From assembly GCA_946541575.1 (NCBI GenBank), contig CAMNJQ010000059.1:21857-85856 (forward strand): 64,000 nucleotides of DNA, given 5' to 3'. Source of the stretch: an uncultured Clostridium sp. Lineage in GTDB: Bacteria > Bacillota_I > Bacilli_A > RF39 > UBA660. Shown here piece after piece: positions 55,125-64,000 of the stretch (positions are counted from its first letter, which is position 1; every line of letters starts with the position of its first letter). Under the pieces are notes generated by a model, which had not been told where the DNA came from, did not search any database, and saw only the letters and a list, made by a program, of their open reading frames with translations. A program made the translations under genes and the position numbers.

Positions 55125-56219
55125 TTACTTAGCCTCTTTAATTTTTTGCTTATTATCATCTTTATCTTTAATATTAGAAACTGTATCATAGATATCTGCT
55201 TTAAAGAAATTATAAGTACAATTTAATGCTATATACGCTGGAAGGGAAATAATAATTCCAACTATTCCAAAAAGTGTACCACCAGCAACTACAGCAAATA
55301 TAGTCCACATAGCATTAATATTATTAGTTTTACCATATACTTTAGGTGAAATAATATAACCATCGATATTTGGGAATATTAAACATATCAAAATTGTTGC
55401 TATAAATAATGGAGTTGAAACAACGCTTGCTAATATAACAGCAACGATATTAGTAATTAATCCTCCAAAGTATGGAATAACTGTAGTTAATGAAGCTAAA
55501 ACACCTAATAACAACCAGTTTGGATGTCCAATTATCAAGAATAAAAGTGTATATTCAACAAATTGAATACCAATAAATAATGCTAAACCAGTTAAATATT
55601 GTCCTAATTCCCTATCCAAAAGCTTAACAAAATCATAAACTTTTTTTCTTTTAGGACTTCTTCCAAGTAATCTATTAGCTTCAGCCCTTATTTTCTCCAT
55701 ATCTGCTAAGAAATAAATTGAAAGAATTAAAATGATTACAGCGCTTGTAATAAAATCGACTGCTTTTCCTACAAAATTAAATGTACCATCAGATAAATAC
55801 TTTCCAACAGATTGAATAAGATTATCCATAACAGTATTAATTGTAGTTTGAAAATCTCCTAAATTAATCTCAAACTTAGTTGATAAATCAGACATTACCT
55901 CACCTATTGATTGAGAAAGTAATATTAACTGATCATATACTAGAGGAACAGTAATTAATATTAAAAGTAATATTACAAAAATTACAGAACCAGCAACTAT
56001 TGTAACTGCAAGAGAATTACTCAGTCCTTTCTTTTTTAATTTTCTTACAATTGGATAAAATGCATATGCAATTGAAAATGCAATTAAAAATGGAATAATA
56101 ATTGCTATAACTTTTGATATTATTGAACCCCAAACATTAAATGTTAATATTAATAAATAAACAATTACACTAAATATTAAAACATTCAATAATTTATAAT
56201 TCAGCTTGTCTTTAAACAT
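55125..56219 (-). CDS. AI-2E family transporter (UPF0118/PerM)
   Basis: Eight-TM profile, with IPYFGGLITNIVAVILA and ISPKVYGK motifs typical of the family. Confidence 0.8.
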   Translation of the reverse strand: MFKDKLNYKLLNVLIFSVIVYLLILTFNVWGSIISKVIAIIIPFLIAFSIAYAFYPIVRKLKKKGLSNSLAVTIVAGSVIFVILLLILITVPLVYDQLILLSQSIGEVMSDLSTKFEINLGDFQTTINTVMDNLIQSVGKYLSDGTFNFVGKAVDFITSAVIILILSIYFLADMEKIRAEANRLLGRSPKRKKVYDFVKLLDRELGQYLTGLALFIGIQFVEYTLLFLIIGHPNWLLLGVLASLTTVIPYFGGLITNIVAVILASVVSTPLFIATILICLIFPNIDGYIISPKVYGKTNNINAMWTIFAVVAGGTLFGIVGIIISLPAYIALNCTYNFFKADIYDTVSNIKDKDDNKQKIKEAK

Positions 56220-56232
56220 ATTATATCTCCTC

Positions 56233-56667
56233 CTATTTTTCTAATATTATAGTAACAGGACCATCATTTAATAAAGAAACTTCCATTTCTGCACCAAAAA
56301 TTCCTGTTTCTACCTTAATATGATTACGTAACTTTTCATTAAAAAGATCGTAAAGTTTTATTGCTTCTTTTCCATTTAAAGCTTTTACATAACTTGGACG
56401 ATTTCCTTTAGTAGCATCTCCATATAATGTAAATTGTGAAATAGAAAGTATACTTCCATTTGTATCTATCACACTCTTATTCATTATACCATTTTCATCA
56501 TCAAATATCCTAAGAGATAAAACTTTTTTTACCATATAGTCTATATTTTCCTCAGTATCAGTTTGAGTAAAAGACACTAAAAGCATTAAACCATTATCAA
56601 TACTTCCAACAATTTTCTTATTTACTTCAACTTTTGCATATTTAACTCTTTGTGCTACAATTTTCAT
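56233..56667 (-). CDS. dtd: D-aminoacyl-tRNA deacylase
   Basis: MKIVAQRV...GLMLLVSF...SQFTLYGDATKGNRPSY...NDGPVTI is canonical Dtd. It overlaps relA by 4 nt. Confidence 0.95.
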   Translation of the reverse strand: MKIVAQRVKYAKVEVNKKIVGSIDNGLMLLVSFTQTDTEENIDYMVKKVLSLRIFDDENGIMNKSVIDTNGSILSISQFTLYGDATKGNRPSYVKALNGKEAIKLYDLFNEKLRNHIKVETGIFGAEMEVSLLNDGPVTIILEK

Positions 56668-58814
56668 CTCATTGTCCTCTCAATATTTTCAACATATTTT
56701 AATTGATTTAAATCTCTAATAAAATTATTAAGTCTTTCTAAATTATTTACTCTAATATCAACTTCATATATAACATTATCTGTTCTACTCAATGTTTTAA
56801 TATTATAAATTGAAATAGTACTAGCATTAGCTTTTTGCATTATTTCAAGAAGTGCCCTATCATCTTTCTTAGTAGTTATTAATAAAGAAGTTATATATTT
56901 AGATTTAGGATTCTCACTCCAACTTACAGGAATCATTCTATCTTCTAACCTATCAACATTAGGACAATTAATTCTATGAACTGTAATGCCATTGTTTTTA
57001 CTTATATATCCAATTATTTCATCACCAGGAACTGGACTGCAACAATTAGATATATTAACCTTTATTTTATCTATTCCATTAACAATTATATCAGCTTCAT
57101 TATCTTTAATTTTAACAGGATTTATAGGAATTAATTCTTGCTCTTGTGGCTGCTTATTAATCAAATTAACAACATAAGAAGCACTAAATTTATTATTTCC
57201 TATCGAAAGATAAAACTCATCTAAATCAGCACATTTAGTAGAATTTAATAAACTCTCAATATTTTCGTCAGATAAAAACTCTTGATAAGGAATTTTCTTT
57301 TTCCTTAATTCTTTTTCTAAAGAATCTTTTCCTCTTTCAATATATATTTCTTTTTCAGATTTAGTAAAGAAATTCTTAATTTTATTTTTTGCTTGTGTAG
57401 TTTTAACAATTGTTAACCATTCTTTAGATGGAGAAGAATTTCTATTAGTAATTATTTTTACAATATCATTATTTTTTAACTTATAATCAAGTGGAACAAT
57501 CATATTATTAACAATTGCTCCAACCATAGTATCACCAACAGCAGTATGTATTTTATAAGCAAAATCAATTGGAGTAGATCCATTAGGAAGCTCAAAGATA
57601 TCTCCTTTAGGAGTAAATACATAAATATTATCATTTAATATTTCATCTTTAACACTATTAACAAATTCTTCACTACTCATTTTTTCTACATCAAGTTCCA
57701 TTATTGATTTAAAAAATTGCAATTTAGCTTCAGTAGAGTTCTTACTAGTTTCAGCTAAATTTCTTTTTTCTTTATATGCCCAATGAGCTGCTACACCATT
57801 TTCCGCAATTTCATCCATTGATTTAGTTCTTATTTGAACTTCAAATATTTGACCATCAACGCCAAAAATAGTAGTATGCAAAGATTGATATCCATTTACT
57901 TTAGGCATCGCAATATAATCTTTAAATCTCTTTGGCATTGGCTTGAATTTAGAATGAATTATTCCAAGAGTAGTATAACATTCCTGTTCAGTATCTACAA
58001 GAATTCTAAGCGCTAATAAATCATATAATTCACTAAACTTTTTTCCACGTTCCATTTTCTTATAAATACTATATATACTCTTACTACGCCCTTTTATATC
58101 AAACTTTATATTATGTTCTTTAAGCATATTACTAACTTCATTAATCATTTCATTAACAGAGTTATCTCTTTCAAGTTTAGTAGTATTAAGCTTTTCAGCA
58201 ATATCATAAAACACATCTGGTTTTAAATATCTTAATGATAAATCTTCAAGTTCACTTTTAATTTTATGTATTCCCAAATGATGAGCAATTGGTGCTAAAA
58301 TCTCAAGAACTTCTTTTGCTTTAATTTTCTGCTTTTCTTTAGGTAGTGCCCATAAAGTTCTCATATTATGAAGCCTATCAGCTAATTTAATAATTATAAC
58401 TCTAACATCTTCACTCATTCCTACTATTATTTTTTTATAATATTCAACTAAAGCTTCGTTTTCAGTAGAAAAACGCATTTTACTAATTTTAGAAACTCCA
58501 TCAACAAGTCTTGCTATATCAGGATTAAATTCTTCTTCTAATTCTTGTTTTGTAACATCACAATCTTCAATAACATCATGCAATAGCCCTGCACAAATCG
58601 TATCAGTATCAGCATATACTGTAGTTAAAATTAAAGATGTACATAAAGGGTGAAAAATATAAGCTTCCCCACTTTTTCTATATTGTCCTTGATGCTTTAA
58701 AGCAGCATAATCATATGCCCTCCTAATTAAATTCAAGTTATCTTCATCTTGAATATAAACTTTTGCTTTTTCAATTAAATCATCAATGGTATATTTAGTA
58801 TAATCTTTTGTCAC
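56664..58814 (-). CDS. relA: bifunctional (p)ppGpp synthetase/hydrolase Rel
   Basis: HD hydrolase domain (HPLCTSLIL...GLLHDVIEDC), synthetase domain (GRSKSIYSIYKKM...ALRILV...YQSLHTT...EVQIRT), then TGS and ACT-like C-terminal domains. Confidence 0.95.
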   Translation of the reverse strand: MTKDYTKYTIDDLIEKAKVYIQDEDNLNLIRRAYDYAALKHQGQYRKSGEAYIFHPLCTSLILTTVYADTDTICAGLLHDVIEDCDVTKQELEEEFNPDIARLVDGVSKISKMRFSTENEALVEYYKKIIVGMSEDVRVIIIKLADRLHNMRTLWALPKEKQKIKAKEVLEILAPIAHHLGIHKIKSELEDLSLRYLKPDVFYDIAEKLNTTKLERDNSVNEMINEVSNMLKEHNIKFDIKGRSKSIYSIYKKMERGKKFSELYDLLALRILVDTEQECYTTLGIIHSKFKPMPKRFKDYIAMPKVNGYQSLHTTIFGVDGQIFEVQIRTKSMDEIAENGVAAHWAYKEKRNLAETSKNSTEAKLQFFKSIMELDVEKMSSEEFVNSVKDEILNDNIYVFTPKGDIFELPNGSTPIDFAYKIHTAVGDTMVGAIVNNMIVPLDYKLKNNDIVKIITNRNSSPSKEWLTIVKTTQAKNKIKNFFTKSEKEIYIERGKDSLEKELRKKKIPYQEFLSDENIESLLNSTKCADLDEFYLSIGNNKFSASYVVNLINKQPQEQELIPINPVKIKDNEADIIVNGIDKIKVNISNCCSPVPGDEIIGYISKNNGITVHRINCPNVDRLEDRMIPVSWSENPKSKYITSLLITTKKDDRALLEIMQKANASTISIYNIKTLSRTDNVIYEVDIRVNNLERLNNFIRDLNQLKYVENIERTMR

Positions 58815-58826
58815 GATACCACCCCC

Positions 58827-59120
58827 TTACAGCAATTCTATTTCATCTCCAACTGCTTCTTTAATGTTGTCTTTTTTATTACTAGAATACATATATTCTT
58901 TAAAATCATTATTATCTAGGTTTAATATATCATCAACCATTTCAGAAAGACTAAGTCCAGTAACATTCCCCCACTTACTTTTCAATAAATAATTCCATAT
59001 ATCTTCATTTCTAACATTTTTATAGAAAAGTTTTTCCAATTCACGTGTTTTGCATCTTAAAGCAGGAAGAAGTCTCTTATATAAATCAACTTTATTATTT
59101 ATTCCTAAATCTATCTCCAT
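58827..59120 (-). CDS. ComN-like post-transcriptional regulator family protein
   Basis: LRCKTRELEKLFYKNVRNEDIWNYLLKSKWGN...LSEMVDDILNLDNNDFKEYM resembles the YrzD/ComN pattern. Recalled from memory, not searched. Confidence 0.5.
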   Translation of the reverse strand: MEIDLGINNKVDLYKRLLPALRCKTRELEKLFYKNVRNEDIWNYLLKSKWGNVTGLSLSEMVDDILNLDNNDFKEYMYSSNKKDNIKEAVGDEIELL

Positions 59121-59161
59121 AGTCTCACCTACTTTTAAATATAATAATATTATATCATTAA

Positions 59162-60478
59162 TTAGTTAAAATGATTATTAATTTTATTAATATAATTTTC
59201 TTTTAAATGAGAAATTGATGCACAACTCATCAAGCAGATAACAGCATCACTATAATCAGGTAAAGAGCCTAAATCATTATCGCTTATCATTTCCCCATTA
59301 TTTAATAAATCAAAAATCACTTTTGAACTAACTCCACCATAATCTTCACTTTTTTCTCTGTTACATTCAATTTCAGTTAAATAAACTTTATCTGCAATAT
59401 TTAATACATCTGCAAAATCTTTATAAAACTTTTGTGTTCTTGAATATGTATTAGGTTTAAAAACTGCAATTAACTTTTTATTAGGATACTTTTGCCTTGC
59501 AGCTTCAAGTGTAACTTTAAGTTCTGTTGGATGATGAGCATAATCATCTATAATTACGTTACTTCCAACTTTTTCTATAGCAAATCTTCTTTTAGCATTA
59601 TGGAAATTTTTTAATAACTCTGCAATCTTTTCATATGAAACCCCTTCTAAATGGCAAATAACAATTGCAGCCATTGCATTTAAAACCATATGCTTACCAT
59701 ATAAAGGTAAAACAAAATGTCCAACTGATTCATTATTTACTATTAAATCAAATTCTGAACCTTTATCATTTAATACTATATTCTTGGCATACACATCATT
59801 ATTCTCATTAAATCCATAATAAATAGTTTTAGGATTTAGATTAAGCATTCTAACGTTTTCATTATCACCACAGGCAACAATTACATTTTTTGTCTTATTA
59901 GCAAATTCTGTAAATGTATTTCTAATATCCTCTATATCCTTATATATTTCAGTATGTTCTAATTCAATGTTAGTAATAACAGTATAAGCTGGATGATATG
60001 CTAAAAAATGTCTATTAAATTCATCACTTTCTATAACAAATATCTTATTATCTTTACTAGCATATCCAGTTCCATCACCAATAAAATAATTAACTTTATA
60101 AACACTATCTAATATTTGACTAATCATTGTAGAAGTAGTAGTTTTTCCGTGAGTACCAGAAACACAAATTGATTCAAACATATTAGTGATGTCTCCTAAT
60201 ATCTCATTATATTTCTTTATCTTTAATCCATTATCTCTAGCTCTAACTAATTCCGGATGATCATTTTTTAATGCCACTGAATGAGTTACAACCATATCTT
60301 TATCTAATTCATGAATATTATCATAATATATTTTAATGCCACGCTTATCAAGTCCTTCTTGAGTAAACTTATAATCAACCGCATCATCATATCCAGAAAC
60401 TTCATTTCCTAAATCATAAAGAATATTTGCTAAAGTTGCCATTCCAGCACCTTTAATACCTAAACAATAATATTTCAT
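59162..60478 (-). CDS. murC: UDP-N-acetylmuramate--L-alanine ligase
   Basis: LGIKGAGMATLANIL, VSGTHGKTTTSTM and DDYAHHPTE are Mur ligase motifs with MurC-type spacing. Confidence 0.9.
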   Translation of the reverse strand: MKYYCLGIKGAGMATLANILYDLGNEVSGYDDAVDYKFTQEGLDKRGIKIYYDNIHELDKDMVVTHSVALKNDHPELVRARDNGLKIKKYNEILGDITNMFESICVSGTHGKTTTSTMISQILDSVYKVNYFIGDGTGYASKDNKIFVIESDEFNRHFLAYHPAYTVITNIELEHTEIYKDIEDIRNTFTEFANKTKNVIVACGDNENVRMLNLNPKTIYYGFNENNDVYAKNIVLNDKGSEFDLIVNNESVGHFVLPLYGKHMVLNAMAAIVICHLEGVSYEKIAELLKNFHNAKRRFAIEKVGSNVIIDDYAHHPTELKVTLEAARQKYPNKKLIAVFKPNTYSRTQKFYKDFADVLNIADKVYLTEIECNREKSEDYGGVSSKVIFDLLNNGEMISDNDLGSLPDYSDAVICLMSCASISHLKENYINKINNHFN

Positions 60479-60596
60479 AAGTAAAACACCTCTATCTCAT
60501 TATACATTATTTTTCTATGAAAAATACATTATTATGAAATAAGTTGACACAAATTTAAACTACTATTAAAATAAAAATGTACATTACGGAGGTTAT

Positions 60597-61286
60597 ATGA
60601 AACAAGAAGATAATTACAAATCTATAATAAATTTAGCAATCGTACTATTACTTTTTTACTGTTCAAGTCTTTTTATTTTAATACCTGTACTTATCTTTAA
60701 TATAGATTTAAATAATTGTAGTAACTTAACAACTAATCTACTAAGATTATTTCCAAATTTTATGACATTCATAATTTTATTTATAATATATAGAAAAGAA
60801 ATTAAAAATGATTTTTTAAAATTAAAGAAAAATTTTGGATCAATTACTGATATAGCACTTAAATATTGGATAATTGGATTTATATTAATGATAGTAAGTA
60901 ATACAATAATTGGAGCTTTTTCTCCAATAAAGGTCCCATCTAATGAATCAAGTGTAAGAGATTTAATAATAAGTACACCATTAATTTCATTTATTTTTAT
61001 TAGTATCTTTGCTCCATTTAATGAGGAATTAATTTTCAGAAAATCTTTTAAAGATGTTTTTAAAAATAAATGGATATTTGCATTAATATCTGGACTTACT
61101 TTTGGATTACTACATGTAATTAATAGTATCTCTTCACTTTATGAACTATTATATTTCATACCATATACATCTTTAGGAATAGTATTTTCCTTAGCATATT
61201 ATAAAACTGATAATATATTTACAAGTATAATTATGCATTTTATACATAATACTTTGATATTTATTATATATATCTATACACTTTAG
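60597..61286 (+). CDS. CPBP family intramembrane glutamic endopeptidase
   Basis: APFNEELIFRKSF (EExxxR), FGLLH and MHFIHNT motifs in a multi-TM protein. Confidence 0.8.
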   Translation: MKQEDNYKSIINLAIVLLLFYCSSLFILIPVLIFNIDLNNCSNLTTNLLRLFPNFMTFIILFIIYRKEIKNDFLKLKKNFGSITDIALKYWIIGFILMIVSNTIIGAFSPIKVPSNESSVRDLIISTPLISFIFISIFAPFNEELIFRKSFKDVFKNKWIFALISGLTFGLLHVINSISSLYELLYFIPYTSLGIVFSLAYYKTDNIFTSIIMHFIHNTLIFIIYIYTL

Positions 61287-61305
61287 ATTTGGAGTGATTT
61301 AATAT

Positions 61306-62193
61306 ATGGAAACAAGAGAAGAAAAAAATGCTGAAATAGCTGAAGAAATTGAAGAAGAGAAAAATAAAATTAGAAATAAAAAAGTATTTAAAATATTATT
61401 GTGGATTTTTATACCGCTATTTGTAACCTTTACTATACTTTATACATCATTAAGATTTATAGGAAACTATGGAATTGTTGTAAGAGAATATGCTAATTAT
61501 AATTCATTTTTACCAGATAATTTAAGTGGATTAAAAATTGTCCAATTTAGTGATATTCATTATAACAACTATACATCTGCTGATAAAATAAAAAAAATGG
61601 TAAATCTAATTAATAAAGCAAATCCGGAAATTGTTGTTTTTACTGGTGACTTAATAAGTGAAGATTACAATATAAGTGATAAAGATAAAGAAGAATTAAT
61701 AAAAGAATTAAATAACATTAAAGGGAAAATAGGAAAATATGCAATTAAAGGTGACGAGGATAAAGAAGTATTTAAAGAAATATTTGATAATACAGACTTT
61801 AAAATACTAGATAATACTATTGAAAAAATATATATTGATAATTCAATTATTGACATAATCGCATTAAATGAAAATTATTCAAAAGAACAAATAATTAAAG
61901 ATGATAATAATTTCTCTATAGCAATAATACATAAACCAGATTTAACTGACCAAATTATTAAAGATTATAATGTTCAAATAATAATGGCAGGACATTCCCT
62001 AAATGGTCAAATTGTTGTTCCTTTTATTGGGCCATTAATAAAAAAAGAAGGAGCTAAAAAATATCAATCATCATATTATAAAGTCAATAATACAGACTTA
62101 TATATATCCGGTGGAATTGGAAATTGTAATTATGAATTTAGACTATTTAATCATCCTAGCATTAATTTTTATAGACTAAGAACAAACAAATAA
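61306..62193 (+). CDS. membrane-anchored metallophosphoesterase (YkuE/calcineurin-like)
   Basis: TM segment, then IVQFSDIHY, VFTGDLIS, and AGHSLNGQ in place of the usual GHTHGGQ. Confidence 0.75.
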   Translation: METREEKNAEIAEEIEEEKNKIRNKKVFKILLWIFIPLFVTFTILYTSLRFIGNYGIVVREYANYNSFLPDNLSGLKIVQFSDIHYNNYTSADKIKKMVNLINKANPEIVVFTGDLISEDYNISDKDKEELIKELNNIKGKIGKYAIKGDEDKEVFKEIFDNTDFKILDNTIEKIYIDNSIIDIIALNENYSKEQIIKDDNNFSIAIIHKPDLTDQIIKDYNVQIIMAGHSLNGQIVVPFIGPLIKKEGAKKYQSSYYKVNNTDLYISGGIGNCNYEFRLFNHPSINFYRLRTNK

Positions 62194-62229
62194 CTAAAAA
62201 AAGCATAAAATATTTCGAGGAGGTATTTT

Positions 62230-62415
62230 ATGAATCAAAGAGGATTTGGTAGACCACCACATAATAATGGATTTGGTGGAAATCTTTTTCCTTTTGTTTT
62301 AGGAGGAGTTGTTGGAAGCTTATTAACAAATAATAGAAGACCTAATTATTACTGTCCATATCCAATGTACTATTATTATCCATACCCTTATCCATACAAT
62401 AATTACTACAGATAA
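62230..62415 (+). CDS. 61-aa protein with glycine-rich TM segment and Tyr/Pro-rich tail
   Basis: GAGGAGG RBS 7 nt upstream. A terminator follows immediately. Sequence ...FPFVLGGVVGSLL...NYYCPYPMYYYYPYPYPYNNYYR. Confidence 0.55.
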   Translation: MNQRGFGRPPHNNGFGGNLFPFVLGGVVGSLLTNNRRPNYYCPYPMYYYYPYPYPYNNYYR

Positions 62416-62443
62416 AAAAATACAACCTTTTGGTTGTATTTTT
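62414..62443. terminator. bidirectional intrinsic terminator
   Basis: A7-ATACAACC-TTTT-GGTTGTAT-T4, located between convergent genes. Confidence 0.75.
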
Positions 62444-63125
62444 ATGTTAATTCAATAAAATGATTTCCAGAATCCAAATAAAGAATACCTTTCTTACCTT
62501 CTAATGTTGGATATATTTCATTATAATAATTTAAAAAATCAAATTTAGTAAGAGTTGCATATATATAATTGCCATCTACCATATATATCATAAACCTAGA
62601 GCTATCATACTCACTTGGATCATACTTTATTTCAGAAATTTTACTTTTAACATCAGCATTTACTTTTAACATTTTTTTAATAAAATTATCATATACAGTA
62701 TCAGGTATATAATTAACTACCCTAATTGGTGAAATAGAATAAGGAACAGAAGTAACTTCTTCACCACTTTCTAAAACATATTTTCCATCACTTTCTTTAT
62801 AAAATAAAACTAGATTTTCTTCAACATCAATATTTATAACGCCAAAAAAGCTTTTAGTTACCTTTACATCTTTGATAAAAGAATCCTCCTTTAGATTCTT
62901 TTCAATCATAAAAGAAACATTTTTAAAATAGCTAGGATAATCCATTAAATTAGCTTTTTCCAATATATAATCATCAGATAAATTAACAGCATTACTCACA
63001 AAAATATTCTTTATTCTAACACCTAAAAAAGCTTTAATAAGAAAATACAACAAAAAAACTACTAGTAAAAATAGTATTAAAGATATTATTTTTATTTTTC
63101 GTTTTATTATTACTTTCTTTTCCAT
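62442..63125 (-). CDS. divIB: cell division protein DivIB/FtsQ (POTRA)
   Basis: Basic N-terminus, a TM segment, then IKNIFVSNAVNLSDDYILEKANL (POTRA-like). Positioned directly downstream of murB. Confidence 0.7.
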   Translation of the reverse strand: MEKKVIIKRKIKIISLILFLLVVFLLYFLIKAFLGVRIKNIFVSNAVNLSDDYILEKANLMDYPSYFKNVSFMIEKNLKEDSFIKDVKVTKSFFGVINIDVEENLVLFYKESDGKYVLESGEEVTSVPYSISPIRVVNYIPDTVYDNFIKKMLKVNADVKSKISEIKYDPSEYDSSRFMIYMVDGNYIYATLTKFDFLNYYNEIYPTLEGKKGILYLDSGNHFIELT

Positions 63126-63126
63126 A

Positions 63127-64000
63127 TTACTCCCAATTTACAAATTCTTGTTCAACTTTTAAGTCTACATTGTATTTTTCTTTTACAGAACTTTTAACAA
63201 GTTCTATTAAATCTTTTATATCTTTACCAGTAGCATGATTATAATTAATTATAAAGTTTGCATGCTTTTCACTAACTTTTGCTCCACCAATTGAATGCCC
63301 TTTAAGTCCTAAATCCTCAATAAGTTTACCCGCAAACATATTGTCTGGATTTCTAAAAACAGATCCAGCAGAAGGATATTCAAGTGGCTGACTTTCAAGT
63401 CTTCTTTTTTTTCTATCTTCAACAATTTCTAATAATACATTCTTATCATTTTTTCTTAAAGAAAAAGTTGCTTCTAAACAAATATAATCCTTATTTGATT
63501 GTAAAAATGATGAACGATAATGAAAGTTTAATTCTTTATTAGTCATTGTAATAACTTCTAAGTTAGGAGTTAATACTTTAACACGCTTAGTAATATAACC
63601 CATATCACTTTTATAAGCTCCAGCATTCATATATATTGCACCACCAACTGTTCCTGGAATACCAGTTGCAAATTCAAGTCCTGCAAGGCCTTTTTTTACA
63701 GTTTGATTACTTAATTTAATTAAATTAACTCCTGCTCCTGCTGTAACTGTATTTCTAAAATATTCAATGTTATCAAAACAGTCAAGTTTAATAATAACAC
63801 CATCAAATTCATTATCACTAAATAATGTATTTGAACCATTACCTAATATTTTATATTTTATCTTTTTCATTTTTAAAAATTTTAAAAGAATTATTAATTT
63901 ATCTTGATTTTTTGGATAGACAAATAATTTTGCTACACCACCTACCCTATATGTTGTGTGTTTAGCAATACTTTCATTTTCAACATATTTACCAATATTA
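63127..64000 (-). CDS. murB: UDP-N-acetylenolpyruvoylglucosamine reductase, 5' end beyond window
   Basis: The frame stays open from 63870 to the window edge (NIGKYVENESIAKHTTYRVGGVAKLFVYP...). GNGSNTLF, GIPGTVGGAIYMNAGAY and PSAGSVFRNP are MurB motifs. Confidence 0.9.
   Translation of the reverse strand, partial: NIGKYVENESIAKHTTYRVGGVAKLFVYPKNQDKLIILLKFLKMKKIKYKILGNGSNTLFSDNEFDGVIIKLDCFDNIEYFRNTVTAGAGVNLIKLSNQTVKKGLAGLEFATGIPGTVGGAIYMNAGAYKSDMGYITKRVKVLTPNLEVITMTNKELNFHYRSSFLQSNKDYICLEATFSLRKNDKNVLLEIVEDRKKRRLESQPLEYPSAGSVFRNPDNMFAGKLIEDLGLKGHSIGGAKVSEKHANFIINYNHATGKDIKDLIELVKSSVKEKYNVDLKVEQEFVNWE

Noticed and set aside
60597-62415. CPBP protease + phosphoesterase + small Tyr/Pro peptide as a RiPP or bacteriocin cluster.
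   Set aside because: No recognisable modification enzyme (radical SAM, YcaO, LanM and similar), leader-peptide motif or ABC exporter is present. The peptide has its own TM segment and looks structural rather than a precursor.
1-64000. CRISPR arrays, rRNA genes, additional tRNAs and other large structured RNAs.
   Set aside because: Reading the intergenic regions longer than 100 nt showed no regularly spaced direct repeats, no rRNA-like GC-enriched stretches and no further cloverleaf candidates.

Overview
Strongly AT-rich bacterial chromosome segment, with nearly all genes on the minus strand. Gene content points to a spore-forming low-GC Firmicute (inference from gpr, spoIIP, the comEA-comEC layout, a T-box leader and a DUF285/BspA-type surface protein; no species call is possible without a search). 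The backbone is housekeeping: rimM-trmD-rplS, pheST behind a Phe T-box, frr, psd-pssA, tsf-rpsB, infC-rpmI-rplT behind an attenuator leader, rpsT, dtd-relA, murC, divIB-murB, plus envelope enzymes and an NfnAB-like oxidoreductase pair. Three regions look non-standard. (1) 38.3-44.2 kb: the last ~190 codons of comEC recur three to four more times downstream as orphan copies. Each copy is followed by a promoter, one unrelated cargo gene and a terminator. No recombinase is present, and the array ends near a tRNA-Arg(CCU). The copies are mosaics of one another. This is my top candidate for an undescribed system (serial 3'-end displacement or a silent-cassette array at comEC). (2) 21.7-26.6 kb: six tightly packed paralogs downstream of frr. 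Two keep an HExxH...E zinc-peptidase signature and four have lost both histidines. (3) 29.6-32.6 kb: a plus-strand, translationally coupled gene pair in which a 332-aa protein embeds a RelE/Gp49-like toxin fold, followed by a 683-aa helical protein. All family calls come from motifs read by eye in the translations. No database search was run.
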